From Macrostomum lignano (Eukaryota), in contig NIVC01001577.1 in assembly GCA_002269645.1 (NCBI GenBank), positions 1-56,685 of the forward strand: a stretch of 56,685 nt of DNA. Direction: 5' to 3'. Below the pieces are notes generated by a model. It ran no database searches. It had not been told where the DNA came from and was given only the letters and a program-made list of their open reading frames with translations. The stretch's first letter is position 1, and the number at the start of each line of letters is the position of its first letter. This document shows, in pieces, positions 11,621-26,800 of this stretch. The translations under genes and the position numbers were made by a program.

Positions 11621-14107
11621 GACCTGATTTTGTTGCTGACGATGTGATGAGAAGTCGCATTCTGATAGAGTTTGTTACACTTCATCCTGTCACATTCAGC
11701 TCGTTCGTCAACCATGCATGTACATACGTATATTTGGTAGCTAGGCGACTACAGGTAGACCAACATCTATTGATCATCGTCAGTGTTACATGAGCTAAAT
11801 GAATTTAGAATTTTCAACTTCTTATGCATTGCAATTACGAAAACCCAAGGCTGCTATGAAATGACTTATTAATTGCTTCTTTGGTGATGTCACCACGATG
11901 TGAAATCTCTTTTTCGAGATTGAAAAATCTCTTGAAATCGAAATTTCACAACGTTGATATTTTACAAAATCGAAAGGCATACAGCGAGATTCAAACTGTC
12001 AATCAAATTAGCTCGTAAATCTGAGATAATTAGATAGTTTACCTAGATAATGGAATGTACGAGTATAATTAATAGCTACGGGCTGGACGACTTGGATTAA
12101 ATATCTAGATGAGGGTGGATAAGATTCGTCGTGAAAGCTACCGCGAGTAGTAGTTCAATATATTGCAACAAGAAGTTCAACTTCAGTAGGGAAATTCCTT
12201 AATGCTTTGTCGCGTACGCTTAGCGCTGAAGCTCAAATGCTAAATATAGAAATATGAGTAGAGTCCCTTCAGAGGCAACCTCACCTAAGACATTCGACAG
12301 AAAAATAATGTATATATGTCGTAATTGCAAGCAGATTTCTTTAGCTAGAAGCACTACTTTGTCTTCTTGGCAATGCTTGCATTGTTTATAATAACTGCTG
12401 TTTCCCGAAAAGATCTTGGTTAAATTCATACAAAAAGCCTTATTTGTCATCAAACGGTTGGAATTCCGAGCCGACTTTTGGAGCATCGATCGAAATACTC
12501 TCCGTGAGTATCATCACTATCAGCATTTTTATTGCAACTTGTTGACTCGCTGAAGACTACTTAAAGTAAGTTATCGCGCATTTTACAACAGTATGTCTAA
12601 TTGTCAACTTAGCGTGGGAGCTTTACAAGCGACAAGTTTCAATACTGTATTAAACATTTCTAATTTCATTAAGCGATGTCTAATGATAAACTTGCTTATA
12701 GAATCTAAATTGCAACTGCGTAAACAATACACAGTGTTGATTTTTAGCTCTTTAACTAATATGAGTAGAGATTTAGAGCCTGCTCAAAACAGAAAAAAGT
12801 ATACGCTTTTTTAGGCAGTGACGTCATCTAGCTTTGACCAGCCCACTAAAAATGCAGTGCCTTGCTTTCGCATAAGCTCGTATCTAAACTGTACGGCATC
12901 ACAAGATGTACAGTGTTAGAGTTACGAGTCTCGGTTTCTATTTTAAAGTAGAGTTGACAAGTATTACAGCATATTCACTGCTTTTGGTTGGCTTTGGTAT
13001 CTCTATTTTGATTATCATTGCATATTATAAAGTCTCAGCTGTTAAGTATTGAATTGGCTAGATAACAGCTCAGCGAAGCCACCTCTATTTTTGTTTCAAG
13101 TAGCTAACTTAATGATATTGCGTGTTTTACAGGTACTGTATAATTTTTTCTGCGTAGAACTCTCCCGCAAATACATGCAGTGTAATACTGTACATGTACA
13201 AATCTCTCTACTGACCAGCTAGTCTTGTTAAACAGTAGGTTCTTGACGTGAACTAACGCTATTTTTCATTTTGCAACAAACCAACTTGTGTCCGCGTCCA
13301 ATGTAGAATTTACATCGAATTCAAAAGTTTGTTGCACATTATGACCAAACCATGTACACTAGTCTAAGTAGCATCACGTGACCCCCCAATATAAGAATCT
13401 CGCTGTTCGCGCTGGCTGCTTCAGCAATTAACTGTCACGGCATGCACATTCTGCAACCCTTTACTCTTTTAAACTTCACCCCCCCCCTACAACCCCGCCA
13501 GCCCACAGGGACAGAGCCCGGAAAAGAGCGCAACGGCGGAAAGACAGACGACATACACACCATGCCCGAGGTCCGCGGTCCTGGCGGGGTTGGGGGCTGG
13601 GCGGGTGTCGGAAACGAGAGAGAGGGGTGCAATTAGCAAGACCGAAATGCAAGGCCAGAGAGTGCTGGAGAGAGGTTGCACAGCGGCAAACTGCAATAGA
13701 GAATGCAATGATTTGGTCTCTAGGCTGGAGAGTGGAGACGGACCCAAGCGCCTTGTGACGTGCGTGCGCGCACTAAAAAGGGGGCTAGAAAACTGCAGAT
13801 AGAAGACAGCAACCCCTTCACCCATAGCTCAATTTAGGCAAGAGGTTGGCCGCCGCCTTTGCTTGATCGAATTGCACTGCAGCACGGTGTTGTTGAATCA
13901 ATGGCTAATTTTGGTCGCCAACCCTCCCCCCCCCTTCGAAACCCAAGGCAATATAGTGTGCTTTCCATGTATATAAAATGGAGACGAAATGGAAAAAGCC
14001 TTCAATAATATTGCGAAAATATCTGCCTCTCTCTCTCCGGTGCCGCGTATTCGGTTTTACTTCTGAGCATTTAATTTGCTAAAGTAAAGTTATAGGCATA
14101 TAGCTGA

Positions 14108-14803
<696 letters not shown>

Positions 14804-16339
14804 AAATTTGTGAATGGGTTTTCCTGTGAATGACGCCGATAGCCACAAAACTTATGCGTAACTTCCGATCTGATTGGAGTATGCCCTGCTTTTGTCTGTT
14901 CGTTCATTATTATAACAAACAGTTTGAATTCACGCCAAAATTCGGAAATCATTAAAATCTTATTTTCTTTTACAACGTTTTACTTCTTCATAGTTTTATC
15001 TAGCCTATAAAGTAATAAAGAGTAGAAGTCTATCCGAACATTGATTTCCAAGTTTGGCGCTAATTCAAATTTTTATAATAATTAACGAATGAGACGCGAA
15101 CATATAGGTGCGTTTGTACATGCCCGAGATCAACTGCATGTGATAGCACGTTCATTGCGTTGCCGCGCTTGTTCTTTTTTGCAAAGACTAAAACTCGTGA
15201 TTATACTAATATTATTTATAAATAGTATGTACCAACCGATCCTGGAGCAACTATATGAAACGTACATGTGTACATGCACTGTACACGCAACGCGTAGCTC
15301 GCAACAATCGACGCTCCTCTGCAGACTGCGTATAAATAATTGCTTTTAAACTTTCAGTAAATTTTGTTATTTTTTATCGAATATCCCTGTTGAAAACAAC
15401 ATATAATTAGCACAACAATACATTACGGACTCACTGAACTTACGATTATAAGTGCTCTCTAGAATAATGCTCACTACAAACAACTAAAACATCAGTTGAC
15501 TTGAAACACTCTCATTGTTTTGTAACACATGCCTTACTGTTCTTTTTTACTTTTCTAACCAGCTGCTTTTAGACTCGAATTTCATAAAATTGTGCACATG
15601 TGCATGCAGGTGATGCCACGGTGCAAATTTATTTTGTAGTTTGAGCTGTTTCTACTTGAAACAACAAGCAGACACCTACATGTAACTCTCAGTTAGTTTA
15701 GTCTGCAAAAATGTCACTCGACATGACAAGCGATCAAGACAAAACATTAGAAAAAGCAAATTATCCGACTTGCCATATTTCTGCTAATGCTTATAAGCAA
15801 TCCAGTTTTGAGAACAGAAGGAAGCTGAACACACACACGCCAATCTCCATCAAAAATCTATATTTATGTGACGTGCCCACCATGTGTCGCCAAGTAATTA
15901 CAGTATGCCTAAAGGATTCACATCGCTTCAACCAGAAAATTAACAATCAAATCTGGAAAAAAAACGAAAACAAAATTAATCACATGGGATTCCAATGCAG
16001 CGAGGCTTGGTTTCAATTGCAAACACAAATATTCAATATAAATATTAACCATAGAATACTATTGCATAATAATATAACAGTAATAATACTTAAGAAGCAC
16101 AGCTGGGCAGTGTATTGCAATATTTTTTTACTGTATGCAAAAAGCAAAACAAGCTGATTAGTACAAAATACAACACCGATTTTGATCAGCACGTGCCGAG
16201 GCACCACCAGGGCGCTAGGGGTTTCGTAGAATTTGAACTCGCATGAAATTGCATGATTAATAAATACGTTGGGCATAGATATGATTATGCTAATGACTGC
16301 GGGAGACCAGATGCAAATGAAATCACAAGGAAAGACGAA

Positions 16340-16379
<40 letters not shown>

Positions 16380-16380
16380 G

Positions 16381-16464
<84 letters not shown>

Positions 16465-16499
16465 GCCAGATAGACAGACAGACAGACAGACAGGCAGGC

Positions 16500-16563
<64 letters not shown>

Positions 16564-16611
16564 GGACGGACAGACAGCCAGATAGACAGACAGACAGACA
16601 GACAGGCAGGC

Positions 16612-16642
<31 letters not shown>

Positions 16643-16689
16643 TAGACAGACAGACAGACAGATAGACAGACAGACACTAAGACAGACAG
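16340..16689. repeat. (GACA)n microsatellite
   Basis: Direct reading. Confidence 0.97.
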
Positions 16690-17384
16690 TCCCGATAAGC
16701 AGTAAAACACGGTCAGTCAGCTACAGGGTCAACTGTAACAAGAGCAGCAACAACAACTAATCGTTTAATTTACAGACGACTCATTGAAAAAGCTCATATT
16801 TGAGCAGGTGCCAACAATACTACTCGGTACTAATATAACGGCATGCGTCGCTCAATAAGTAGTGGTTAACGGTAAAAGCGGGCATCGGATGCACCAAGCT
16901 AATGAGACTGCAGTGGAGAATCAATGCGTGCACAGTGGCTAACCAGATTATTAAATAATCAACCAATCATTGCTAACAGATTGAGCCGATAAACATTTAC
17001 TATATTGATTGAAATACTACTAAAACTGAAAAAAGTAGTATCTACAGACTAAAATGTTAATTGCATTTCATATATTCATATACCCTTAAGTCGATTTCAG
17101 ATGACAAATTAGATGATTAAATTAAAGCTAAAATATACTACTTTAGTAAATTTGGAATGCATGGAGAGTGGCATGCGGCTGAGGTATGCGGTAAAACAAC
17201 ACGAGCTACTCATGATAAAATGTTATAGCAGAAGAAACAGAATAATTATGATTGAAGTCGATTACTTCGAAGACTGACATGAACCGTAGCAATGTAACAG
17301 GTACATGTATGATGCTGAAAGTTGCGATTTGTGAGATTCAAGCCATTGTGGCAAAATTCTTCAACTGGATTCTGAGCTGCGATT

Positions 17385-17945
17385 CTCTCAGTGGATTAGG
17401 GGCGATTCTCTGGCTGGATTAGGGGCGATTCTCTCAGTGAATTAGAGGCGATTCTCTGGCTGGATTAGGGCGACTCTACAACTGAATTAGGGGCGATTCT
17501 CTCAGTGGATTAGAGGCGATTCTCTCAGTGGATTAGGGGCGATTCTCTATGGATTAGGGGCGATTCTCTATGGATTAGAGGCGATTCTCCATGTGGATTA
17601 GAGGCGATTCTCTGGCTGGATTAGGGGCGATTCTTTAAGTGGATTAGGGGCGATTCTTCAAATGAATTAGGGGCGATTCTTCAAATGGATTAGGGGCGAT
17701 TCTTTAAGTGGATTAGGGGCGATTCTTTAAGTGGATTAGGGGCGATTCTCTAAGTGGATTAGGGGCGATTCTTTAAGTGGATTAGGGGCGATTCTTCAAA
17801 TGGATTAGGGGCGATTCTTCAAATGGATTAGGGGCGATTCTTTAAGTGGATTAGGGGCGATTCTTTAAGTGGATTAGGGGCGATTCTCTAAGTGGATTAG
17901 GGGCGATTCTCTAAGTGGATTAGGGGCGATTCTCTAAGTGGATTA
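17385..17945. repeat. 23-bp minisatellite gtggaTTAGGGgcgattctctaa
   Basis: Tandem units visible; most contain TTAGGG. Confidence 0.93.
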
Positions 17946-18080
17946 TAAGTGGAGTGAGGGGCGGTTCCTTAGGCATAATAAATGAGCCATGTTCAAGTGA
18001 AAATTAGGCCTAAGCAGACAAATAAGCAGTTACAAAAAGCAAAATTGGACTCAATGAAGACAGCAGACTCAGCAGCGCCA

Positions 18081-21000
18081 TCAGGACAGGACAAACCGGA
18101 CAGGCGCTCGAGCCTCATCACCCAGTGAGTTTCCCCGCTTGAGTCGCTTGCCGCCGCTACGCTTCTGTGCTCGACCGGAACTAGTCGATAGGGAGGCCTG
18201 CGCCACTGGCCGCTGGCCAGTAGGTCCAATCAGCTCCAGGCGGTCCGCGCCCTCTCTGCTCAAAGGCACTGGCGATGGCGCCGATGCGGACAATGAGTTG
18301 GCGCCGGCCTCGTGGTTTGACAGCATGGCGCGGATGTCGAAGTAGTACCTGTGCGAATTGGGATTGATGGCGCTAAAGTAGATTAGGTGGCGCCAAAGTG
18401 GACTGGGCGGCGCCAAAGTAGACTCGGTGGCGCCAAAGTGAATGTGTGGCGCCAAAGTAGACTGCGCCAAAGTAGACTGGGTGGCGCCAAAGTAGACTGC
18501 GTGGCGCCAAAGTGGACTGGGTGGACTGGGTGGATGAGTGGCGCCAAATTGAATGAGTGGCGCCAAAGTGAATGTGTGCGCGAAAGTAGACTGGGTGGCG
18601 CAAGTAGACTGGGTGGCGCAAGTAGACTGGGTGGCGCAAGTAGACTGGGTGGCGCAAGTAGACTGGGTGGCGCAAGTAGACTGGGTGGCGCAAGTAGACT
18701 GGGTGGCGCAAGTAGACTGGGTGGCGCAAGTAGACTGGGTGGCGCAAGTAGACTGGGTGGCGCCAGAGTGGATGAGATGGCGCTAAAGTAGACTGGGTGG
18801 CGCCAAAGTAGACTGGGTGGCGCCAAAGTAGACTGGGTGGCGCCAAAGCAGACTGGGTGGCGCAAAGTAGACTGGGTGGCGCCAAAGTAGACTGGGTGGT
18901 GCCAAAGTAGACTGGGTGGCGCCAAAGTGGACTGGGTGGACTGGGTGGATGAGTGGCGCCAAATTGAATGAGTGGCGCCAAAGTGAATGTGTGCGCGAAA
19001 GTAGACTGGGTGGCGCAAGTAGACTGGGTGGCGCAAGTAGACTGGGTGGCGCAAGTAGACTGGGTGGCGCAAGTAGACTGGGTGGCGCAAGTAGACTGGG
19101 TGGCGCAAGTAGACTGGGTGGCGCCAGAGTGGATGAGATGGCGCTAAAGTAGACTGGGTGGCGCCAAAGTAGACTGGGTGGCGCCAAAGTAGACTGGGTG
19201 GCGCCAAAGCAGACTGGGTGGCGCAAGTAGACTGGGTGGCGCCAGAGTGGATGAGATGGCGCTAAAGTAGACTGGGTGGCGCCAAAGTAGACTGGGTGGC
19301 GCCAAAGTAGACTGGGTGGCGCCAAAGCAGACTGGGTGGCGCAAAGTAGACTGGGTGGCGCCAAAGTAGACTGGGTGGTGCCAAAGTAGACTGGGTGGCG
19401 CCAAAGTGGACTGGGTGGACTGGGTGGATGAGTGGCGCCAAATTGAATGAGTGGCGCCAAAGTGAATGTGTGCGCGAAAGTAGACTGGGTGGCGCAAGTA
19501 GACTGGGTGGCGCAAGTAGACTGGGTGGCGCAAGTAGACTGGGTGGCGCAAGTAGACTGGGTGGCGCAAGTAGACTGGGTGGCGCAAGTAGACTGGGTGG
19601 CGCAAGTAGACTGGGTGGCGCCAGAGTGGATGAGATGGCGCTAAAGTAGACTGGGTGGCGCCAAAGTAGACTGGGTGGCGCCAAAGTAGACTGGGTGGCG
19701 CCAAAGCAGACTGGGTGGCGCAAAGTAGACTGGGTGGCGCCAAAGTAGACTGGGTGGTGCCAAAGTAGACTGGGTGGTGCCAAAGTAGACTGGGTGGCGC
19801 CAAAGTAGACTGGGTGGCGCCAAAGTAGACTGGGTGGCGCCAAAGTAGACTGGGTGGCGCCAAAGTAGACTGGGTGGCGCCAAAGTAGACTGGGTGGCGC
19901 CAAAGTACACTGGGTGGCGCCAAAGTGAATGTGTGGCGCCAAAGTGAATGTGTGGCGCCAAAGTGAATGTGTGGCGCCAAAGTGAATGTGTAGCGCCAAA
20001 GTAGACTGGGTGGCGCCAGAGTGGACTGGGTGGCGCCAAAGCGGACTGGGTGGCGCTGAATAGAATCGGGTGACCCAAACTCGCGCGCAACCCCAAAGCA
20101 GTTCACAGTTACTATACCTGGCGTACACTGAGGCGGGCACATTAATGTTAAATTGTATCAGCTCCAGGTATTTCCGTTCCAATTCGTTCATATCCTCAAC
20201 CCTGGCGTCCTTGAGTATCTGGCAGTAGTCAACGTTCCAAACGGCCTGATCGTCCCACACTTTACTGGCCAGGAGGATGGCGCCAAGGAGGCAGCGGCGC
20301 CAGGTGTTTGGCTGCAGTTCGATCTCTGCGGCCGCCATCAGGCGCTCCAGGTAGACCAGGGAGATGATGGCGCACTCGGCAGTGAGCTGGGCTGAGCAGA
20401 ACAGAGTGCGGACGAACCTGCCACGGTGCCGAAAACAGTTAAGAATTGGGGGCTTCCGGTTTCAACTTTTAATTTGATTTTTTGGCCATCTTATGACCTT
20501 CATTTGTGCCTTCATGACCTTTACTTGTGCCCCGATTACCTTAACTGCTCCTATGACCTTCATTTGTGCTTCTATGACCTTCTCTTGTGCCCCATGACCT
20601 TCACTTGTACCCATACGACCTTCCTTTGTGCTCCTATGACCTTTAATTGTGCCCCTATGATCTCCAATTGCTCCCCATGACCTTCAATTGTCCCACATGA
20701 CCTTCACTTGTACTAATATACGACCTTCATTTGTGCCCCCGATGACCTTCACTCGCGCGCCTGCTCGCACCTGTACACAGTCCGATGATCCGGCCGTCGA
20801 GTGGCCGCCTCGGCAGCCTCAGCTCCGCGCTGCAGCGGATGCACCAGCTCGTCAAAGATGGCCGCAGCCTCAAAGACTCGATGCTGCTGCTGTTGCTGCT
20901 GCTGCTGTACATGGTAATAAACGGCCAGAGCCAGGCCTCGAACCGCCGGCTTGAGCTGCGGCTGCCACACTGTTGAATCGCCTTCGGGCACGATAATATG

Positions 21001-21354
21001 CGAGCAGGAGCTGCAGGTGCGCAGGCTGGCCCGGCCTAGGATAGCTGAGGCCCCAGCAGCCGATGAGGTCATAGCCGCAGGGTTGGTGGGCCTCCGCCGG
21101 AGCCCCTTGACAAAAATAGGCTGCACAGTGGGGTTAATACTGGGATCCGTGGCGTCTTCAACTGGCTCGCGATCGTTGATGTGCTCAACTCGGGGACTGC
21201 CGCTGTTATTGTTGTTGCTGCCCGAGTCCGGCTGGTAATAATTCGGCCATTTGCCGTTGCCGCTGAATGTTACGGAGCCGTCTCGGCCGCTGCCGCCACC
21301 GCCGCCGTGGCCGCTGCCAGGTTTGAATTGGCAGCAGGAGAGACCGTTGCCCAT
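18081..21354 (-). CDS. CCNY: cyclin Y, 383 aa (exons 21354-20771, 20417-20118, 18348-18081)
   Basis: N-terminal MGNGLSCC lipidation motif; cyclin box [27 protein letters not shown]...[22 protein letters not shown]...MNELER; YARYYFDIR; GT-AG introns with consistent phase 2. Confidence 0.95.
18375..20060. repeat. 20/18-bp minisatellite ggcgccaaagtagactgggt with higher-order blocks, filling cyclin Y intron 2
   Basis: Direct reading; marker block gatgagtggcgccaaattgaatg recurs at 18533, 18948 and 19427. Confidence 0.96.
20488..20752. repeat. 21-22-bp minisatellite ctatgaccttcacttgtgcc in cyclin Y intron 1
   Basis: Degenerate tandem units visible directly. Confidence 0.9.
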
Positions 21355-21427
21355 GCTCAGTGGCCGCTAGGGGGCTGAGGGTTGAGAAGATAAGATTGTT
21401 TGTTATTAAAGCTGCTTCTTACAATAA

Positions 21428-22255
21428 CAACACTGGATAATAGTCTATGGTCTGTCTCACTAGCAACACTGGATAATAGTCTATGGTCTGTCTCACTAGC
21501 AACACTGGATATTAGTCTATGGTCTGTCTCACTAGCAACACTGGATAATAGTCTATGGTCTGTCTCACTAGCAACACTGGATAATAGTCTATGGTCTGTC
21601 TCACTAGAAACACTGGATAATAGTCTATGGTCTGTCTCACTAGCAACACTGGATAATAGTCTATGGTCTGTCTCACTAGCAACACTGGATTAATCGTTTT
21701 TGGTCTATCTCACTAGCAAAACTGGATGATAGTCTATGGTCTGTCTCACTAGCAACACTGGATAATAGTCTATGGTCTGTCTCACTAGCAACTACACTGG
21801 ATAATAGTCTATGGTCTGTCTCACTAGCAACACTGGATAATAGTCTATGGTCTGTCTCACTAGCAAAACTGGATGATAGTCTATGGTCTGTCTCACTAGC
21901 AACACTGGATAATAGTCTATGGTCTGTCTCACTAGCAACAATGGATATTAGTCTATGGTCTGTCTCACTAGCAACACTGGATAATAGTCTATGGTCTGTC
22001 TCACTAGCAACACTGGATAATAGTCTATGGTCTGTCTCACTAGCAACACTGGATAATAGTCTATGGTCTGTCTCACTAGCAACACTGGATATTAGTCTAT
22101 GGTCTGTCTCACTAGCAACAGTGGATAATAGTCTATGGTCTGTCTCACTAGCAACAGTGGATAATAGTCTATGGTCTGTCTCACTAGCAACACTGGATAA
22201 TAGTCTATGGTCTGTCTCACTAGCAACAGTGGATAATAGTCTTTGGTCTGTCTCA
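21428..22255. repeat. 36-bp minisatellite actggataatagtctatggtctgtctcactagcaac upstream of the cyclin Y ATG
   Basis: Direct reading (LDNSLWSVSLAT periodicity in the ORF track). Confidence 0.96.
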
Positions 22256-22734
22256 CATAGATAGATAGATAGATAAACAGATCGATACGAGCTAGATAGT
22301 CCTTATACTTATTCTCCCTACTGACAGATGTTACTAAGCCAAAACTCAAATCTCTAAGCCAAGAATAAAGCACAAAGGCGGCATTATAAAACTGAAAATG
22401 GATGAAAATGCAAGGTATATATTACTGCGCATCTTGTTGCATACGCGGTAAAAATATTTCTATAACACAGGAAGCCATAAAATAGAAATAAATGCACGCA
22501 TCTGCTCTTGCGAAGCAGGTCAAAACAAATCCGCACTTCTACAGGTAAATAATGGAATACTTTTAAAAATGTCTTAATAAACAAAATAGCAACCAGGAAA
22601 AAATTTAATCACTGCGTGTGTAAAATACAGATACAATAACGAAATGCAACCACTTCATAGTGACGTCATAAAATAAGCGGAGTGATTTACAGAAGATAAG
22701 CTTTCTTTCATCCTTCATTTCTTTTTGTTCTCCC

Positions 22735-23712
22735 TACTCTCTATCTCACCATATCTCTCTGTCGTCTATCTCACCATATCTCTCTGTCGTCTATCTCACC
22801 ATATCTCTCTGTCGTCTATCTCACCATATCTCTCTGTCGTCTATCTCACCCTATCTCTCACTGTCGTCTATCTCACCCTATATCTCTCTCGTCTATCTCA
22901 CCCTATCTCTCTGTCGTCTATCTCACCATATCTCTCTGTCGTCTATCTCACCCTATCTCTCACTGTCGTCTATCTCACCTTATATCTCTCTCGTCTATCT
23001 CACCCTATCTCTCTGTCGTCTATCTCACCCTATCTCTATGTCGTCTATCTCACCATATCTCTCTCTCACCATATCTCTCTCTCGTCTATCTCAACATTTT
23101 CTCTCTCTCGTCTATCTCACCATATCTCTATGTCGTCTATCTCACCCTATCTCTCTCTCGTCTATCTCATTCTATCTCTCTCGTTTATCTCACCATATAT
23201 CTCTCGTCTATCTCTCCCTCTCTGTCTATCTCACACTCTCTCTCTTTTTTCTCACCCACTTTCTTATCGATCTCACCCACTCTCTGTAGTCTATCTCACC
23301 CACTCTCATCTATTTCACCCACATTCTCCAGTCTATCTCACACACTCTCTCGTCTATCGCACCCACTCACTCTCTCCAGTCTATCTCACCCACTCTCTCC
23401 AGTCTATCTCACCCACTCTCTCCAGTCTATCTCACCCACTCTCTCCAGTCTATCTCACCCACTCTCTCCAGTCTATCTCACACACTCTCTCCAGTCTATC
23501 TCACCCACTCTCTCCAGTCTATCTCACCCACTCTCTCCAGTCTATCTCACCCACTCTCTCCAGTCTATCTCACCCACTCTCTCCAGTCTATCTCACACAC
23601 TCTCTCCAGTCTATCTCACCCACTCTCTCCAGTCTATCTCACCCACTCTCTCCAGTCTATCTCACACACTCTCTCCAGTCTATCTCACCCACTCTCTCCA
23701 GTCTATCTCAAC
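22735..23712. repeat. compound CT-rich minisatellite (25-bp ctatctcaccatatctctctgtcgt grading into 23-bp tctatctcacccactctctccag)
   Basis: Direct reading. Confidence 0.93.
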
Positions 23713-23836
23713 CTGGTCTATTTCTGATTTATCTCATTATATCGCGACTCCTATCTCACTTACCCAAATCGGCTAAAATTTACCCAAGAAAACAGACAGT
23801 TAAGCGCAAAACTAATTTTAAAAAAAATCGAATCTC

Positions 23837-26800
23837 TTAGCTCTGTTGCCGGTAGAACAGAATGTACGCGGCTGCGCTGACGACATTGTCCGGCTCAATT
23901 TTCGACACTTGGTCGTCATCGAAACAGTGCCACTGATTGGTGGGCGCATTCAAGCAGGCGGCAGTGTAGTGGCCGCAGTCCGCTCGGCCGTAGTGATTGC
24001 ACACCCCGTACAGGTTGTACACGCGTCTGAAATGTGTATTCAGAAACTTAATTGCAACTATAAAGAAGATAAAAATAGTGGGTCGGGATAGAGAGGGAAG
24101 CAGAGTTTTAATTTACAGATACTACTACCATATATAGGATGAATTCTTAGATATCTACTATTGGGTTGTAGCCCAGTGGTTAGAGCGTTGGACTCGCGTC
24201 TGAAAGGTCGGGGGTTCGATTCTCGACCCACTTGGACTGAACAGCCGTACGCAGCCTTCAGATGCGCCGCGCAATAGCCCATTAGGGCAGGTGTAATCAA
24301 TTAGTATTATTATAAGGATAAAGATAATAGAAACTACAAAATCAAAGTGAGGGTAGAGAAATTCAAGCAGTTTTTTCAATTTATAAATTTACAAAGAGTT
24401 GTCTAGATTCTTGGGCCACGACCGATGGTTCGATGCCTGTGTTTTAATTAACCTAAGCCACGAAGCGTCCCATATAGTCGTTTTCAGAGTCGTTGCAGGT
24501 AACACAGGTAAAATAGGTAAGAAGTGACTCTAGACGACTCTAAAATGACGAGATGTCATGACGAGAGTCACTAGTGAGTTGTTTGCAATGACTCTTTTAG
24601 CGATTCTTGTCACGGGTAAATGACCAGATGCAATGTGGGGCGGTTTTGTTGATCAACTCGATGGATGATGCACAATGATGAAAAAGCAACCAGCCACACC
24701 TGTTGGATTTGAGCGCCTGATTGCGGCAGAACCGATCGAGATCCAAGCCTGCAACCGGGAACTTCACCAGACTGGAAATCTTTTTGCCGCCGTCGTAGCC
24801 GCGAAATCGTTTCAGATGCACCAGCAGGCAGGGCGGCAGGCGCCAGACATCCAGCTGCTTGGTGGCGTCCCGTCGGCTGTCGCAGGCCGGGCAGAGCCAC
24901 TGGCAGGCGCCCGTCAGCTGCTCGGGCTGGAGGAACGCCTCCAGGCAGTCCTGGATTGAAGAGTTTGACAGTGTCCCTGATTTTTGTGGACCGCCTGTGC
25001 AGCTCTGGACCCCGTTTGCACTTCTATGCTCCTCTGTGCTGCCTCGCTTCTAGCCCTACCTTCCGTTATCTACCCATCTACCCTCGCTTCTATCCCTACC
25101 TGCCGTTATCTACCCATCTATCTTCGCTTCTATCCCTACCTTCCGTTATCTACCCATCTACCCTCGCTTCTATCCCTACCTTCCGTTATCTACCCATCTA
25201 CCCTCGCTTCTATCCCTACCTGCCGTTATCTACCCATCTATCTTCGCTTCTATCCCTACCTTCCGTTATCTACCCATCTACCCTCGCTTCTATCCCTACC
25301 TTCCGTTATCTACCCATCTACCCTCGCTTCTATCCCTACCTTCCGTTATCTACCCATCTACCCTCGCTTCTATCCCTACCTTCCGTTATCTACCCATCTA
25401 CCCTCGCTTCTATCCCTACCTTTCGTTATCTACCCATCTACCCTCGCTTCTATCCCTACCTTCCGTTATCTACCCATCTACCCTCGCTTCTATCCCTACC
25501 TTCCGTTATCTACCCATCTACCCTCTCGCTTCTATCCCTACCTTCCGTTCTCTACCCATCTACCCTCGCTTCTATCCCTACCTTCCGTTATCTACCCATC
25601 TACCCTCGCTTCTATCCCTACCTTCCGTTATCTACCCATCTACCCTCTCGCTTCTATCCCTACCTTCCGTTCTCTACCCATCTACCCTCGCTTCTTTATC
25701 CCTCAATCTACTTCCCCTTATCCAACCCTCCACTTCCCCTTATCCAACCCTCCACTTCCCCTTATCCAACCCTCCACTTCCCCTTATCCAACCCTCCACT
25801 TTCTCTTATCCAACCCTCGACTTCCCCTTATCCAACCCTCCACTTTCTCTTATCCAACCCTCCACTTCCTCTTATCCAACCCTCCACTTTCTCTTATCCA
25901 ACCCTCCACTTCCTCTTATCCAACCCTCCACTTCCTCTTATCCAACCCTCCACTTTCTCTTATCCAACCCTCCACTTTCTCTTATCCAACCCTCCACTTC
26001 CTCTTATCCAACCCTCCACTTTCTCTTATCCAACCCTCCACTTTCTCTTATCCAACCCTCCACTTCTTCTGATAAAAAAATCATTCCGGCCAAGACGGCA
26101 GTTTTCACTCACATTAAGCGAACAATCGAAATTGTCCACAACCGGCACACTGCAGTACATAAAGGCCTCGTAAGTGACAGACGAGTGCTGGCAGTGCTGG
26201 CAGGTGAGGGTAGACTTGAGCTGGCCCTGCAGCGTAAGAATATGATATTTATATGGTATATATAGACACAAAACTTATCTGAAATTTGGAGTATTATCAA
26301 TGCTTTATTAACCAAATATGGGCTAATACTATCTAAGGTATTTGAATATAGCCAAACTATCTGGGGTAGAAATACATCTACAAGCATTGTTAAGATCATT
26401 TTAGCGCCACAGGCACTCATTTTGGCGCCGAAAGCATTTTTTTAGCGCCACAGGCACTCATTTTAGCGCCACAGGCACTCGTTTTAGCGCCACAGGCACT
26501 CATTTTAGCGCTGCAGGCACTCATTTTAGCGCCGCAGGCACTCGTTTTTAGCGCCGCAGGCACTCATTTTAGCGCCGCAGGCACTCATTTTAGCGCCGCA
26601 GGCTCTCATTTTGGCGCCGAAAGCATTTTTTTAGCGCCACAGGCACTCATTTTAGCGCTGCAGGCACTCATTTTAGCGCCGCAGGCACTCATTTTAGCGC
26701 CGCAGGCACTCATTTTAGCGCCGCAGGCACTCATTTTAGCGCCGCCGGACACTCATTTTAGCGCCACAGGCACTCGTTTTTAGCGCCACAGGCACTCATT

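Noticed and set aside
24163-24235. tRNA gene
   Set aside because: A and B boxes are present but acceptor and anticodon stems pair poorly, and the sequence continues into a tail shared with other SINE copies.
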